A stretch of 64,000 bases of DNA from Niabella sp. (GTDB lineage: Bacteria; Bacteroidota; Bacteroidia; Chitinophagales; Chitinophagaceae): the NCBI RefSeq assembly GCF_030150205.1, contig NZ_JASLGT010000014.1, positions 22,166 through 86,165 on the forward strand, in the 5' to 3' direction. Both the position numbers and the translations under genes were made by a program. The notes beneath the pieces are model-generated. The model made no database searches. It worked only from the letters and a program-made list of their open reading frames with translations, and had not been told where the DNA came from. Of this stretch, positions 1 to 9,660 are shown piece after piece. The first letter of the stretch is position 1. Every line of letters begins with the position of its first letter.

Positions 1-509
1 CCGATCACCACAAAAATATCCGCTGCTGCCGCAAGCCGGGACGCCGGTGCAATCATGGGCACCGCTTCACCAAACCACACAATATCCGGCCGGAGCTGAC
101 TTCCGTCCGGAGCCTTATCACCCAAACGGATATCACCCCGGATCTCATAAGAAGGTTTATGTAACCGTTCGCTCCGCATTTTAAAGATCTCTCCATGCAG
201 GTGCAATACCCGGGTAGATCCTCCCCGCTCATGCAGGTCATCGATATTTTGAGTAATGATATGCACTTCATAATCCGCTTCCAGGGCTGCCAGGCCATAA
301 TGCGCCGCATTGGGTTGTACATCTGCTACGTTCTTCCGGCGCATATTGTAAAAATCCAGCACCAGTCCGGGATCTTTTATCCAGCCCTCCGGCGATGCTA
401 CCTCCATTACATCATATCCCTCCCACAGTCCGTCACTATCACGAAAGGTTTTGAGACCGCTTTCGGCACTGATGCCCGCCCCTGTTAATACAACCAGTTT
501 CTTTTTCAT
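1..509 (-). CDS. cobB: NAD-dependent protein deacylase (Sir2/CobB family), runs off the window's left edge
   Basis: Manual translation from ATG at 509: MKKKLVVLTGAGISAESGLKTFRDSDGLWEG..., later ITQNIDDLHE and RPDIVWFGE sirtuin motifs; not in the ORF track. Confidence 0.93.
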   Translation of the reverse strand, partial: MKKKLVVLTGAGISAESGLKTFRDSDGLWEGYDVMEVASPEGWIKDPGLVLDFYNMRRKNVADVQPNAAHYGLAALEADYEVHIITQNIDDLHERGGSTRVLHLHGEIFKMRSERLHKPSYEIRGDIRLGDKAPDGSQLRPDIVWFGEAVPMIAPASRLAAAADIFVVI

Positions 510-686
510 CCTGCAGCACTTTTACAGGATACAAAATAACGGCTCTTTGGCAAAAAATAAAAGCGGCGGAATCAAAAGTTCTTTAAAACGGATCAACATG
601 CTTCCTCTGCAACAAGCAGCATGCCGTTCGATTTTTAAACGGGTATGCATACAGCCGCTTTAAACCTCGCTCAGCCAACAATATCC

Positions 687-2249
687 TTAATCACTCCTGG
701 CCATTTCATCATTACGCAACGCCGCGCCCTTTTTCACCAGCGTTATAAATTCCGCCCGGTAGCCATTTTTATCGGCTCCCAAAGCCCCGGCAGCCAGGTC
801 AAGTACCTGCTGATAACTGGAATTTTGTTTAAACCCAGAATTCCGCAGCAAGAGTCCGAACTCCGCAACCGCTGCTGCAAAACGGAAATGATCAGTAGTT
901 TTCCCAGTGGCTGTTATATGGCCTTCAACCGGAACGGTAATCAATTTGCTCCGGTCCGCATCCACCTCCTTATAGCGCAGTTTCAATGTAAGCATCTCTG
1001 CCGGCGCCGGAGCAGCCGTTTGAGCGGGGGCTGCCTGGTATTTCAGATCATCTACGGGTTTTTCAAATGCATTCTTTACCCCCGGTGGTATTACTTCGTA
1101 CAAAGCCGTAACCGTATGGCCGCTACCAATTTCCCCGGCGTCTTTTTCATCATCATTAAAGTCTTCCTTCTTCAGCATCCGGTTCTCATACCCGATCAGG
1201 CGGTAGGCCTGCACAATAGCGGGATTGAATTCCACCTGTATTTTTACGTCTTTGGCAATGGCAAACAGGGTTCCGCCAAATTCGCTGATCAACACTTTCT
1301 GTGCTTCACGGATATTATCGATATAAGCATGATTGCCATTTCCTTTATCGGCCAGTTCCTGCATTTTATGATCCTGGTAATCGCCCCTGCCAAATCCCAG
1401 TACCGATAAAAAAACACCACTCTTCCGCTTTTCCTCAACCAAACGTACCAGCGCATCCTCACTGCTTTCCCCTACGTTAAAATCACCATCGGTGGCCAGC
1501 AGGATCCGGTTATTCCCTTTTTCGATGAAATTTTCCTTAGCCACCTGGTAGGCCAGTTGTATGCCCGCTCCACCCGCCGTGGAACCCCCTGCTTCCAGTT
1601 CAGCGATCGCTGCCCGGATCCGCGCTTTTTGTTCACCGCTGGTGGAGGGTAATACCAAACCGGCATTCCCGGCATACGTAACGATCGCCACGCGGTCATC
1701 CGGACGCAGGTTATCTGTAAGCAGCAGCATCGATTTTTTCAGCAAGGGTAATTTATCTTCATCCTGCATAGAGCCCGAAACATCAATCAGGAAAACCAGG
1801 TTGGAGGGCGGCAGGGCTCCCTGGGGAATTTCCCGGCCCTTGATACCAATATGCACCAGCTGGTGTTCTGTATTCCAGGGACATGCTGAAACTTCTGTAA
1901 TAACATTGAACGGATCCCCGTTTTGAGGAGGCGCATAATCATAATCAAAATAATTGATCATTTCCTCCACCCGTACCGCTCCGGCCGGAGGATGCACCCC
2001 ATCATTGATAAACCTGCGTACATTGCTATATGCCGCTTTATCTACATCAATGGAAAAAGTGGATAGCGGATGCGCTTTTGCGGTCTGAAATGTGTTCTCC
2101 TCTATAGAAGCATAACCTTCGGTGTTAAAAGCGCTTTCCGCCTGAACCGGTGCCGCAGTTGTTAACATTTCCGTCGACTGATGACGGCCGCCGTTACAGG
2201 CAAATAGGATCCAGGGCAATATCGCTATTGCAAAAAAAAGGCGTTTCAT
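687..2249 (-). CDS. VWA-domain lipoprotein (YfbK-like)
   Basis: Lipobox LFAC; PLSTFSIDVD N-domain; MIDAS DVSGSM; ILLATDGDFNVG; FAAAVAEFGLLLR C-terminal domain. Confidence 0.9.
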   Translation of the reverse strand: MKRLFFAIAILPWILFACNGGRHQSTEMLTTAAPVQAESAFNTEGYASIEENTFQTAKAHPLSTFSIDVDKAAYSNVRRFINDGVHPPAGAVRVEEMINYFDYDYAPPQNGDPFNVITEVSACPWNTEHQLVHIGIKGREIPQGALPPSNLVFLIDVSGSMQDEDKLPLLKKSMLLLTDNLRPDDRVAIVTYAGNAGLVLPSTSGEQKARIRAAIAELEAGGSTAGGAGIQLAYQVAKENFIEKGNNRILLATDGDFNVGESSEDALVRLVEEKRKSGVFLSVLGFGRGDYQDHKMQELADKGNGNHAYIDNIREAQKVLISEFGGTLFAIAKDVKIQVEFNPAIVQAYRLIGYENRMLKKEDFNDDEKDAGEIGSGHTVTALYEVIPPGVKNAFEKPVDDLKYQAAPAQTAAPAPAEMLTLKLRYKEVDADRSKLITVPVEGHITATGKTTDHFRFAAAVAEFGLLLRNSGFKQNSSYQQVLDLAAGALGADKNGYRAEFITLVKKGAALRNDEMARSD

Positions 2250-2284
2250 AAAAAGAATTTAGAAATTAATAATTGATTGCTGTT

Positions 2285-2971
2285 TTACTTTTTAAGAGCA
2301 GGTATGGATCCTTCGCTGTTAACAGTAACCCGTTTTCGTATAAAGGTTCGTCCATTTATAAAGCCCCCCTCTTTTATAAATTCGCTGAGCGCTTCCTTAC
2401 CGGGACTTACCCGCAATGGTTTTGCAGAATCGCTTGGGGCTCCGGTGATGGCTTCCATCATTTTCACCTCATTCTTTGTACTGATCTTCCGGATATTCAA
2501 TACCCCGTTCCTGACGGTAAGCTTTTGTACACTCCAGCTGCTGTCTTCCCGCGGCCGGTTTAGAAAATACTGTTGCTGATACGTTTTCAGTACATCGTTC
2601 TTTTTCAGATTTAAAAGCGTATCTCTGAATACATAGCCGGTAAATAACGAATCGCCGGCCTTCCGGACCGGGTACCGTTCATTTGTTTGAGTATTAAAAA
2701 GGGTATCGCCGTTGATCATCTCGTGTGGTAACAGCTCCCTATAACTAAGCGTATCGCTCAGCGTGTCTCTTGCAACTACATAATAGGCGGATACGGCCAG
2801 TACCGTTCCTTTATCGTGATCCAGGAATGTTCCGGTGAGGCTATCGGGCACCTGGCCCAATGCTGGTTCTCCGCCTGGCTGTGTTTCAGAAAAGGTAACC
2901 GTAGCAGGATCACATGCTGCAAGGCAGACAATAAGAAGCCCTATTGTTGCTATTTTATCAACAATGCTCAT
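2285..2971 (-). CDS. hypothetical lipoprotein
   Basis: 228-aa ORF, lipobox LAAC, 35 bp upstream of the VWA gene. Confidence 0.75.
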   Translation of the reverse strand: MSIVDKIATIGLLIVCLAACDPATVTFSETQPGGEPALGQVPDSLTGTFLDHDKGTVLAVSAYYVVARDTLSDTLSYRELLPHEMINGDTLFNTQTNERYPVRKAGDSLFTGYVFRDTLLNLKKNDVLKTYQQQYFLNRPREDSSWSVQKLTVRNGVLNIRKISTKNEVKMMEAITGAPSDSAKPLRVSPGKEALSEFIKEGGFINGRTFIRKRVTVNSEGSIPALKK

Positions 2972-3213
2972 TGTATTTTTTTTATAGTTTTTTAGAAATG
3001 GTGTGGCCAGAAATCAGTTGACATGAGACTCCGGAAATCCCAGGCGCGCGTTTTTGGATTACACTTGTTTATGGTTCTGTTTGCATCCCTGTTAAAGCCG
3101 GTTATTGCTGCTTACAGGCCTGCTGCTTTATCGTTAAGCGTGCTGCAGCGCGCTTCTCATCTTAATACTGATCTGCAAAAAAAGTAACCATATTACTAAT
3201 GTTAATAAATATT

Positions 3214-3241
3214 AAAAAGGCGCCTGATATATCAGGAGCCT
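3214..3241 (-). terminator. Rho-independent terminator candidate
   Basis: AAAAAGGCGCCTGAT-AT-ATCAGGAGCCT hairpin, U-tract on the minus strand. Confidence 0.55.
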
Positions 3242-3382
3242 CAAACATTTTGAAACGAGCAGGTATACCTGAATCGTTGAAATTCTGAAACAGGAATCGA
3301 TCCCCGAACAACGGCTTCAGGATGACCATAAATGATTTTGAAATCTGCCTCCCGGCATTCGATGGCCATCGGGCATTTGCTT

Positions 3383-4186
3383 TTATACGGCTACGATCCT
3401 GCCGGAGGTTATTTTACGTTTAAGAAAATAGTGCCGGTATTTTTCGCTGGTTTCCGGTGATTGTTTTGCGCCATTAATGTAGAGTTCGCCGTTGATGAAC
3501 TGGATCCGGTTGCCGGGACCTTTATCAATCAGCCCGTCCCGTTCCATTTCCTGGTAAGCATCTTTAAGTTGCTGCAATTGACCGCGGGTTTTTATCAGCT
3601 CATCAGGAATCCCTGGCTTTATTTGCCGCATTTCGGCGTTTAACTGCTGCTGCTGAATCTTCAAATCCCTGCCGGCCGCCTCCAGTTGCCCCTTTAACTG
3701 GTTTAACCGGATATCTTTTAATGCCGCGTTAATCGCTTGTTTTAATTGTTCGGGATCTATGTTTTTTACGGATTCCATTGCGCACGAAAGTTCCCGCTCC
3801 ATCTTTAACTTATCAATGCCGGCCATCGCCGTTTCTATATCTTTATTGATTTGTTCAAAGTTGATCTTTTTTATCGCTGCAGCTGTTGTGGCCTGAATTT
3901 TTGCAAGATCCGCTTTGGATAATGCATCCGCCACCTGCCGCCGGATATCCGTATTAATATTCCGCAGGGCACCGCTCTGTACCCGGATCTGCTCATCTAT
4001 ATAGTTTAATGCAGCATCCAGCCGGCCCGTTTCAAATTCAGTTATCGCCGGTATGGTATCGCTATTAAAAGGAAAGCCCGGATCCGGTTTGCTCTCCGGC
4101 TTCAATGGTGTAAAGGACAATGCGGCTACGCAGGCAAGCAACAGCAGCGGCCATACAGCTGTCCGCAAAATAGATCTCTTTTTCAT
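3383..4186 (-). CDS. secreted coiled-coil protein resembling the C-terminal region of Bacteroidota M56/BlaR1-type proteins
   Basis: Signal peptide, long helical region, C-terminal GELYINGAKQSPETSEKYRHY; family resemblance from memory. Confidence 0.6.
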   Translation of the reverse strand: MKKRSILRTAVWPLLLLACVAALSFTPLKPESKPDPGFPFNSDTIPAITEFETGRLDAALNYIDEQIRVQSGALRNINTDIRRQVADALSKADLAKIQATTAAAIKKINFEQINKDIETAMAGIDKLKMERELSCAMESVKNIDPEQLKQAINAALKDIRLNQLKGQLEAAGRDLKIQQQQLNAEMRQIKPGIPDELIKTRGQLQQLKDAYQEMERDGLIDKGPGNRIQFINGELYINGAKQSPETSEKYRHYFLKRKITSGRIVAV

Positions 4187-4212
4187 TAGTTGGGTTTTAA
4201 AACAAGAAATTT

Positions 4213-4251
4213 AACGAAGTTCTTCGTAGCTAAAGTACGAACAGATACGTA
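4213..4251. promoter_or_regulatory. tandem palindromic operators (BlaI/MecI/CopY-like) flanking a -7-like box
   Basis: AACGAAGTTCTTCGTA (4213-4228; perfect ACGAAG-TT-CTTCGT) and TACGAACAGATACGTA (4236-4251). Confidence 0.55.
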
Positions 4252-4437
4252 ACAACCGGTGTTAATGAAATGATAATTTATTTTGGAAATAAACGCCTCC
4301 CCTTTTACATTTTGTTCTCACAGAAAACACGGACCAGCGCAGATTGTCTTAACGTAAGATGGCTTACACCCGGGGACAAAATGCTCCTGGATGTTTTTGT
4401 GTGTCATCAGCACAATCTCCTGAAGCAGTTCCAGCCG

Positions 4438-5313
4438 TCAGATCCGCCTTAAAAGCACCTGCCAGGCCTTACCCGAAGCTCCTTCCCGGAGCAGCCGCTG
4501 CGCGTATTGATGAATAGCCCGGACCTGCTCCTCGCTGTTTTCATACTGCAGCAGCCCAGCCAATGTATCATCGGTAAAGGTTGGATCCGCAGCCGGTACC
4601 TGCGTAATATTTGCCAGCATTCCAAGATCATTTCCGGTAAGTACCCCGCTGTTGCGGATGGCCTCCGGCAATGCGTCGATCCCAATGCCCAATTGCGTAT
4701 TGGGTTTTTCTACCTCGAAAAGATTATCGGGCGTTACCCGGCAATACCAGTTGCCCCCTAACCGCGCCACATGATGCAGTTTGCGTTGATCAACCCGGTT
4801 ACTGCCATCTAAAATGGATGGGTCGATATGCAGCAGGCATACCTCGCAAATGACCAGGTTGCCTGCTCCGCCGGTACTGCCCAGCGATTTTACTTCCAGT
4901 ACGCGGCATTCCATTTTGGCCTTGCTCTCTTTAACCAGGGGCGGACGGATCAGCTGCGACTGTTCCATTGTAAAACCGGCTTTTGCAAACTCATTGGTAT
5001 TTTTGGGGTATTCGCAGCTGGCAAGCGAAACCTGCTGTACCATATCTGCATCTACAATATTAATGGCTACTTCCGGTACCTCCAGTATATTTTGAAGTGT
5101 ATGTTTGGTGGTATTATCGCGCACCCTGCGGGAAGGGCTGAAAACCACTACCGGCGGATTTGTTGAAAACAGATTAAAAAAACTAAAGGGGCTCAGGTTT
5201 ATATTCCCCTCCCGGTCTACCGTGCTGGCAAAGCAAATAGGCCTTGGAGCAATGATGTGTTGCAGATAATGCTGGGTTTCCAGCGTTGTTAACGTTTTTA
5301 AATCAAATACCAT
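4438..5313 (-). CDS. flavin reductase-like protein
   Basis: IAPRPICFASTVD...NLSPFSFFN, KHTLQNI, VARLGGNWY motifs. Confidence 0.9.
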   Translation of the reverse strand: MVFDLKTLTTLETQHYLQHIIAPRPICFASTVDREGNINLSPFSFFNLFSTNPPVVVFSPSRRVRDNTTKHTLQNILEVPEVAINIVDADMVQQVSLASCEYPKNTNEFAKAGFTMEQSQLIRPPLVKESKAKMECRVLEVKSLGSTGGAGNLVICEVCLLHIDPSILDGSNRVDQRKLHHVARLGGNWYCRVTPDNLFEVEKPNTQLGIGIDALPEAIRNSGVLTGNDLGMLANITQVPAADPTFTDDTLAGLLQYENSEEQVRAIHQYAQRLLREGASGKAWQVLLRRI

Positions 5314-5328
5314 ATAAGATCATTTTTC

Positions 5329-5846
5329 AACCGCGGAGAATAAAAGCCGCAGTGTTTCGCGGAGATCAGAATTTGTACACCACTCTTCTGAACCCATCTT
5401 TTAACAAAGGAACATTAAAGTTGATCAGATACCCTAATTTTTTATTCGTTAGTTTCAGATAGGTAATCAATTGCGCCATGAAAACGGGCTCAATTGCAAT
5501 CACGGCTTTAATTTCGAGAATGATTTCATTTTCAACTAACATATCGATTACATAAACCTTTCCTAAAAGACATTCTTTATATCTCATTTCAACCGGAACC
5601 TGCAACCTTACCGAAATACGCCTCAATTCCAGCTCCCGGTTTAATGCATACATATAGGCCGACTCTAGTAAGCCAGGGCCCAGTTCCCTGTGAACGGTGA
5701 TACAGGCATCTAAAATAATCCCTCCCAGTCGGTTTAGTTCATTGTTAGTCATGATTTGGTATTTATTCGCAGGTCAAAAAAAAGTTCACCACAAAAAACA
5801 ATTTTTATCTCCGCATTATTTCAGCGTTCTCCAGTTCTCCGCGGTT
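5329..5846. mobile_element. putative GxxExxY cassette bounded by ~40-bp imperfect inverted arms
   Basis: Left arm AACCGCGGAGAA...GCGGAGAT (5329-5366); right arm ATCTCCGC...TTCTCCGCGGTT (5807-5846); AT-rich interior. Confidence 0.6.
5366..5752 (-). CDS. GxxExxY protein (PD-(D/E)XK nuclease-like)
   Basis: LGPGLLESAY signature, IDMLV...LEIK, AQLITYLK, LINFN; 128 aa. Confidence 0.93.
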   Translation of the reverse strand: MTNNELNRLGGIILDACITVHRELGPGLLESAYMYALNRELELRRISVRLQVPVEMRYKECLLGKVYVIDMLVENEIILEIKAVIAIEPVFMAQLITYLKLTNKKLGYLINFNVPLLKDGFRRVVYKF

Positions 5847-6844
5847 AATTTCTTCTCTAAGATACTAAATTCCGTTGCCTCCCTTTCGATTTTATTCTCC
5901 AAACGACCCAATTCCTCTATCTCCATAACCACTGTATCTCCGGGCTGCAGCCACTGTTCCGGGTAGTTGGGATCCTGTAACTTACCCGTACCATTCAGCT
6001 CCAGGAAACAGCCGGTTCCTACGGTGCCGCTCCCGATCACATCGCCGGGGTAAAGATCTACGCCATACGAAGCCCGTTCAATCAGCTCAGCAAAGGTCCA
6101 GTCCATATCTGCGAGGTTGCCGGTACTCACCTGTATACCATTGACCCGGCATTTCATTTGCAGATTCCAGCATGTGCCGGTATGGCCTGGTTTGGGCGGC
6201 ACCTCGCGGGATGTTAACGCATCGGGGGTTACCAGCCAGGGGCCAATTACCGTAGCAAAGTCCTTCCCCTTTGCCGGGCCCAGGTTCAATGCCATTTCTT
6301 CCATCTGCAGCGTGCGGGCACTCAGGTCGTTCATGATCATCAGGCCTCCGATATAGGCAGCTGCATCAGCCGCTTTAATATTCCTTCCTTTTTTGCAGAT
6401 CACAATCGCCGCTTCCAGTTCAAAATCCAGCTTCTGAAAATGATCCGGCATGCAGGTAACTGTTCCCGGCCCGGCGATGCTATTGTGATTGGTAAAATAA
6501 AAGACGGGGTATTGATCAAATTCCGGGATCATGGGAACCTTCCGGTTTCTGCGCGCAGCCGCCACATGTTGACGGAATGCATAACCATCCCTGCAGGAAG
6601 TGGGATGCGGTACCGGTGCCAGCAATTGTACCGTTTCCACGGGGGTGCCTGCGTCCGGAAATACGCCGGCTTCCAGGCCTTTATTTTCTGCAACCAGCAT
6701 TGGAAAATATGCTTCCCAGTTTTCTAATAACCATTTCATTGTAACGGGACCATCGGCCCTCAGGAATGAAAGTGCATATACCCGATCCTTTACCTGCAAT
6801 CCCAATTGCTCGTTTCCGTTATTCAGATAAGATACCAGTTTCAT
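5816..6844 (-). CDS. fahA: fumarylacetoacetate hydrolase family protein
   Basis: RDGYAFRQH, LDFELEAA, MNDLSAR, KGKDF, PGDVIGSGT; in Tyr catabolic cluster. Confidence 0.88.
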   Translation of the reverse strand: MKLVSYLNNGNEQLGLQVKDRVYALSFLRADGPVTMKWLLENWEAYFPMLVAENKGLEAGVFPDAGTPVETVQLLAPVPHPTSCRDGYAFRQHVAAARRNRKVPMIPEFDQYPVFYFTNHNSIAGPGTVTCMPDHFQKLDFELEAAIVICKKGRNIKAADAAAYIGGLMIMNDLSARTLQMEEMALNLGPAKGKDFATVIGPWLVTPDALTSREVPPKPGHTGTCWNLQMKCRVNGIQVSTGNLADMDWTFAELIERASYGVDLYPGDVIGSGTVGTGCFLELNGTGKLQDPNYPEQWLQPGDTVVMEIEELGRLENKIEREATEFSILEKKLTAENWRTLK

Positions 6845-6916
6845 AATCAAAATTTAATGCATTTATTACACCGGGGCTAAACCTGCCGGCCATCAGGTGT
6901 TTCAGCTGACAGTGGA

Positions 6917-8152
6917 TCAGGCCCGGTGCGCCGGTTCCACATGGCGTTCCAACAAGCTTTTTAACCGGCTCAGCATTGGATCGATATCTTCCATCCTGCT
7001 GGTGCCTACGCTTAGCCGGTACCAGTTAGCAGCATGTGCCGCACCAAATACCCTGAAAGGCAGGAACGCAATCCCTGCTTCTTCCAGCAGCAGGGAGGTT
7101 ATATCTCCGGGCAGATCAATTTTCACCGTAAGATAAATAGAGGCCTGCGGCGCGATGGCATCGACAGGCAGCCCGTCCATTTTCATTTGCCGGATACCTC
7201 CGTAAATTTTTGTTAACCGTTCTAACAGGGCTTCTTTAAATCCGATTAAATAGCCGTCAGCCGCCACATCATCTACCAGGAACCGGGCCACCGCTTTCTG
7301 TTCCGCCATCGGGGCCCAGGCGCCCACATGATTCAGCATTGTTTTTATCTTGCTGATCACGGGTTCGGGGCCATAACACCAGCCCACCCGTACGCCGGTT
7401 GCGGCAAAGGCCTTGCTGATGGCATCAATATAAATGGTGTAAGGCCGTGCATCCGGACAAACACTTACCGGGCTCACATGCGGCTGCCGTCCATAATTCA
7501 GCAGGTAATAGATCTGGTCATACAAGATGTATAATTTTTTTTCATCCTTACCACGCCGTGCATTCTCTGCTACCACCATTTCGCAAATGGCCTTTAATCC
7601 TGCTTCGGTAAAGCAGGTGCCCGTTGGGTTTTGAGGCGAACAAAGCGCCAGTAACACGGCATCCTTTATAAACGGACGTATTTCATCCGCCGTAGGCATA
7701 AAATGATGCTCCGGCTTTGTTTCAATAACACAAGGCGTTGCGCCGGTAAGCTGCACATAAAAATGGTTGTTCCACGAAGGCACAGGATAGATCACGATGT
7801 CGCCCGGATCCACTATCATATGATAAGCAGCAAACAACAGTGGCCGGCCACCACTCCCGATCATGATCTCTGCAGGTGTATACGAAATGCCCTGCTGCTT
7901 TTTTACAAACGCCGCAATGGCCGCTCTTAAATCCTCGTTTCCGTCGGTAGCCGGGTAATTGGTTTGCCGGCCGCGATAAGCTTTTACTATTTCATCCTCC
8001 AGCAATGGTGGAATGGGAAACAGTTGCGGATTAAAATCGCCCACCGTATAATTCAGCAACTGCTCTCCGGCGGCCATTCTTTTCTTTACCGCATTACTGA
8101 TGGCCAGGATACCCGAAGGCGGTGTATGTTCTGCCAACCTGGATAGTTTCAT
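6917..8152 (-). CDS. PLP-dependent aminotransferase class I/II (probable aromatic amino acid aminotransferase)
   Basis: CSPQNPTG, YDQIY, AISKAFAATGVRVGW; downstream of hppD. Confidence 0.85.
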   Translation of the reverse strand: MKLSRLAEHTPPSGILAISNAVKKRMAAGEQLLNYTVGDFNPQLFPIPPLLEDEIVKAYRGRQTNYPATDGNEDLRAAIAAFVKKQQGISYTPAEIMIGSGGRPLLFAAYHMIVDPGDIVIYPVPSWNNHFYVQLTGATPCVIETKPEHHFMPTADEIRPFIKDAVLLALCSPQNPTGTCFTEAGLKAICEMVVAENARRGKDEKKLYILYDQIYYLLNYGRQPHVSPVSVCPDARPYTIYIDAISKAFAATGVRVGWCYGPEPVISKIKTMLNHVGAWAPMAEQKAVARFLVDDVAADGYLIGFKEALLERLTKIYGGIRQMKMDGLPVDAIAPQASIYLTVKIDLPGDITSLLLEEAGIAFLPFRVFGAAHAANWYRLSVGTSRMEDIDPMLSRLKSLLERHVEPAHRA

Positions 8153-8210
8153 TGAAAATAAAATAAAGTATTAAAAAATAAATCCGGATGGTATTCACCA
8201 TTAACTATTC

Positions 8211-8343
8211 AATGTTGTTTCCTTAAAGCCGCTGATGCGCAGATTTGGTATCGGCTTTAACTACAATAATGTCGCAGAAAAGCGCCGCAGGTGCAAGCTG
8301 TGCATCTGTGGCAATCACAAAAATTGCTTAAGGAAATGGCATT
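8211..8343. mobile_element. MITE-like cassette, copy 1
   Basis: Terminal inverted repeats AATGTTGTTTCCTTAA / TTAAGGAAATGGCATT; interior homologous to 11084-11210; heptamer tracts on both sides. Confidence 0.7.
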
Positions 8344-8370
8344 GATTAACTATTGACCATTCACTATTCC

Positions 8371-9501
8371 CTACAAATTCCCCCTCGCTTCCTGCTCCCG
8401 TTCCAGTGCTTCAAACAGGGCCTTAAAATTCCCCTTGCCAAAGCTTTTTGCGCCTTTTCGCTGAATGATCTCAAAGAACAAAGTGGGCCGGTCTTCCACC
8501 GGTTTGGAAAAGATCTGTAATAAATAGCCCTCTTCATCCCGGTCAATCAGGATCCCCAGTTCTTTTAAGGGAGCGAGGTCTTCATCAATAGAGCCCACAC
8601 GGTCCAGCACGGTTTCATAGTACGTGGCCGGGATCTTCAAAAACTCCACGCCGCGGCTTTGCAACGCAGTTACCGTTTCAATGATATTCCTGGTAGCCAG
8701 TGCTACATGCTGCACTCCTTCTCCTTTGTAAAAGTCGAGGTACTCTTCTACCTGTGATTTTTTCTTGCCTTCTGCGGGTTCGTTAATAGGAAATTTTACA
8801 TACCCGTTGCCATTGCTCATTACTTTGCTCATGAGCGCGGAATATTCGGTTGAAATATCGGTGTCATCAAAAGACAGGATATTCCGGAACCCCATCACTT
8901 CTTCATAAAAATGCACCCATTTGTTCATCTGGTTCCATCCAACATTGCCCACGCAATGATCTACATACAGCAACCCGGCTTCCGGTGGATTGTACGCCGG
9001 TTCCCATCGCCGGTAACCGGGTAAAAAAGTTCCGTTGTAATTTTTCCGTTCAATAAAAAGATGGATCGTATCACCATATGTATGAATACCGCTCATGACC
9101 ACAATGCCCTGTTCATCTTCCAGCTTCACGGGCTCCAGATAGCTTTTACCGCCCCGTTTTGTTGTTTGCACCCAGGCATCGGTAGCATCATCCACGGCCA
9201 GCGCCAGCATTCGTACACCGTCTCCATGCCTGACAATATGCGCTTCAATCTCTTCACAATTCCGGATGGGCGTGGTAAATACAAAGGTGAGCTTATTTTG
9301 ACGCAGCACATAACTGGCTTTATCCTTAACGCCGGTTTCGGGCCCGGCATAGGCCAGGGATTGGAAGCCAAAAGCAGTTTTGTAAAAATGAGCGGCCTGT
9401 TTGGCATTGCCCACATAAAATTCAATATAGTCAGTACCCAGTAAGGGAAGAAAATCAGCGGCAGCCGGAATTGCAGCTGCCACTTTACTCGTGTCAAGCA
9501 T
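8371..9501 (-). CDS. hppD: 4-hydroxyphenylpyruvate dioxygenase
   Basis: VDHCVGN, GVQHVAL, LLQIFSKP...FFEIIQR, FGKGNFKALFE. Confidence 0.97.
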   Translation of the reverse strand: MLDTSKVAAAIPAAADFLPLLGTDYIEFYVGNAKQAAHFYKTAFGFQSLAYAGPETGVKDKASYVLRQNKLTFVFTTPIRNCEEIEAHIVRHGDGVRMLALAVDDATDAWVQTTKRGGKSYLEPVKLEDEQGIVVMSGIHTYGDTIHLFIERKNYNGTFLPGYRRWEPAYNPPEAGLLYVDHCVGNVGWNQMNKWVHFYEEVMGFRNILSFDDTDISTEYSALMSKVMSNGNGYVKFPINEPAEGKKKSQVEEYLDFYKGEGVQHVALATRNIIETVTALQSRGVEFLKIPATYYETVLDRVGSIDEDLAPLKELGILIDRDEEGYLLQIFSKPVEDRPTLFFEIIQRKGAKSFGKGNFKALFEALEREQEARGNL

Positions 9502-9535
9502 GATCAATTATTTTAACAATAAATAAAAATGTAAG

Positions 9536-9655
9536 AAAAAGGGAACGGATCAATGGCCACTTCGGTCTGTAGCCAGAGCTTCTATCAACAATACGTAGTT
9601 TACACGTTTGTCTGAAAAAAGCTTATATGGATAATCGGGTCGCACGTTACAAAAT
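9536..9655 (-). ncRNA. candidate structured RNA / hppD leader
   Basis: Long hairpin AGCUUUUUUCAGACAA/UUGUUGAUAGAAGCU with GUAAAC apex, second hairpin UGGCUAC/GUGGCCA, U-tract; just downstream of a TACATTTG box. Confidence 0.4.
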
Positions 9656-9660
9656 AATAA

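Noticed and set aside
645..1409. Long antisense ORFs (also 32921..33589, 34536..35255, 42790..43485)
   Set aside because: Shadows of well-supported genes on the opposite strand, with no motifs.
9536..9655. Firm call as 6S RNA or a known riboswitch
   Set aside because: Cannot run Rfam; no TPP/SAM/cobalamin/FMN consensus recognised and the closing stem is short, so kept as a candidate only.
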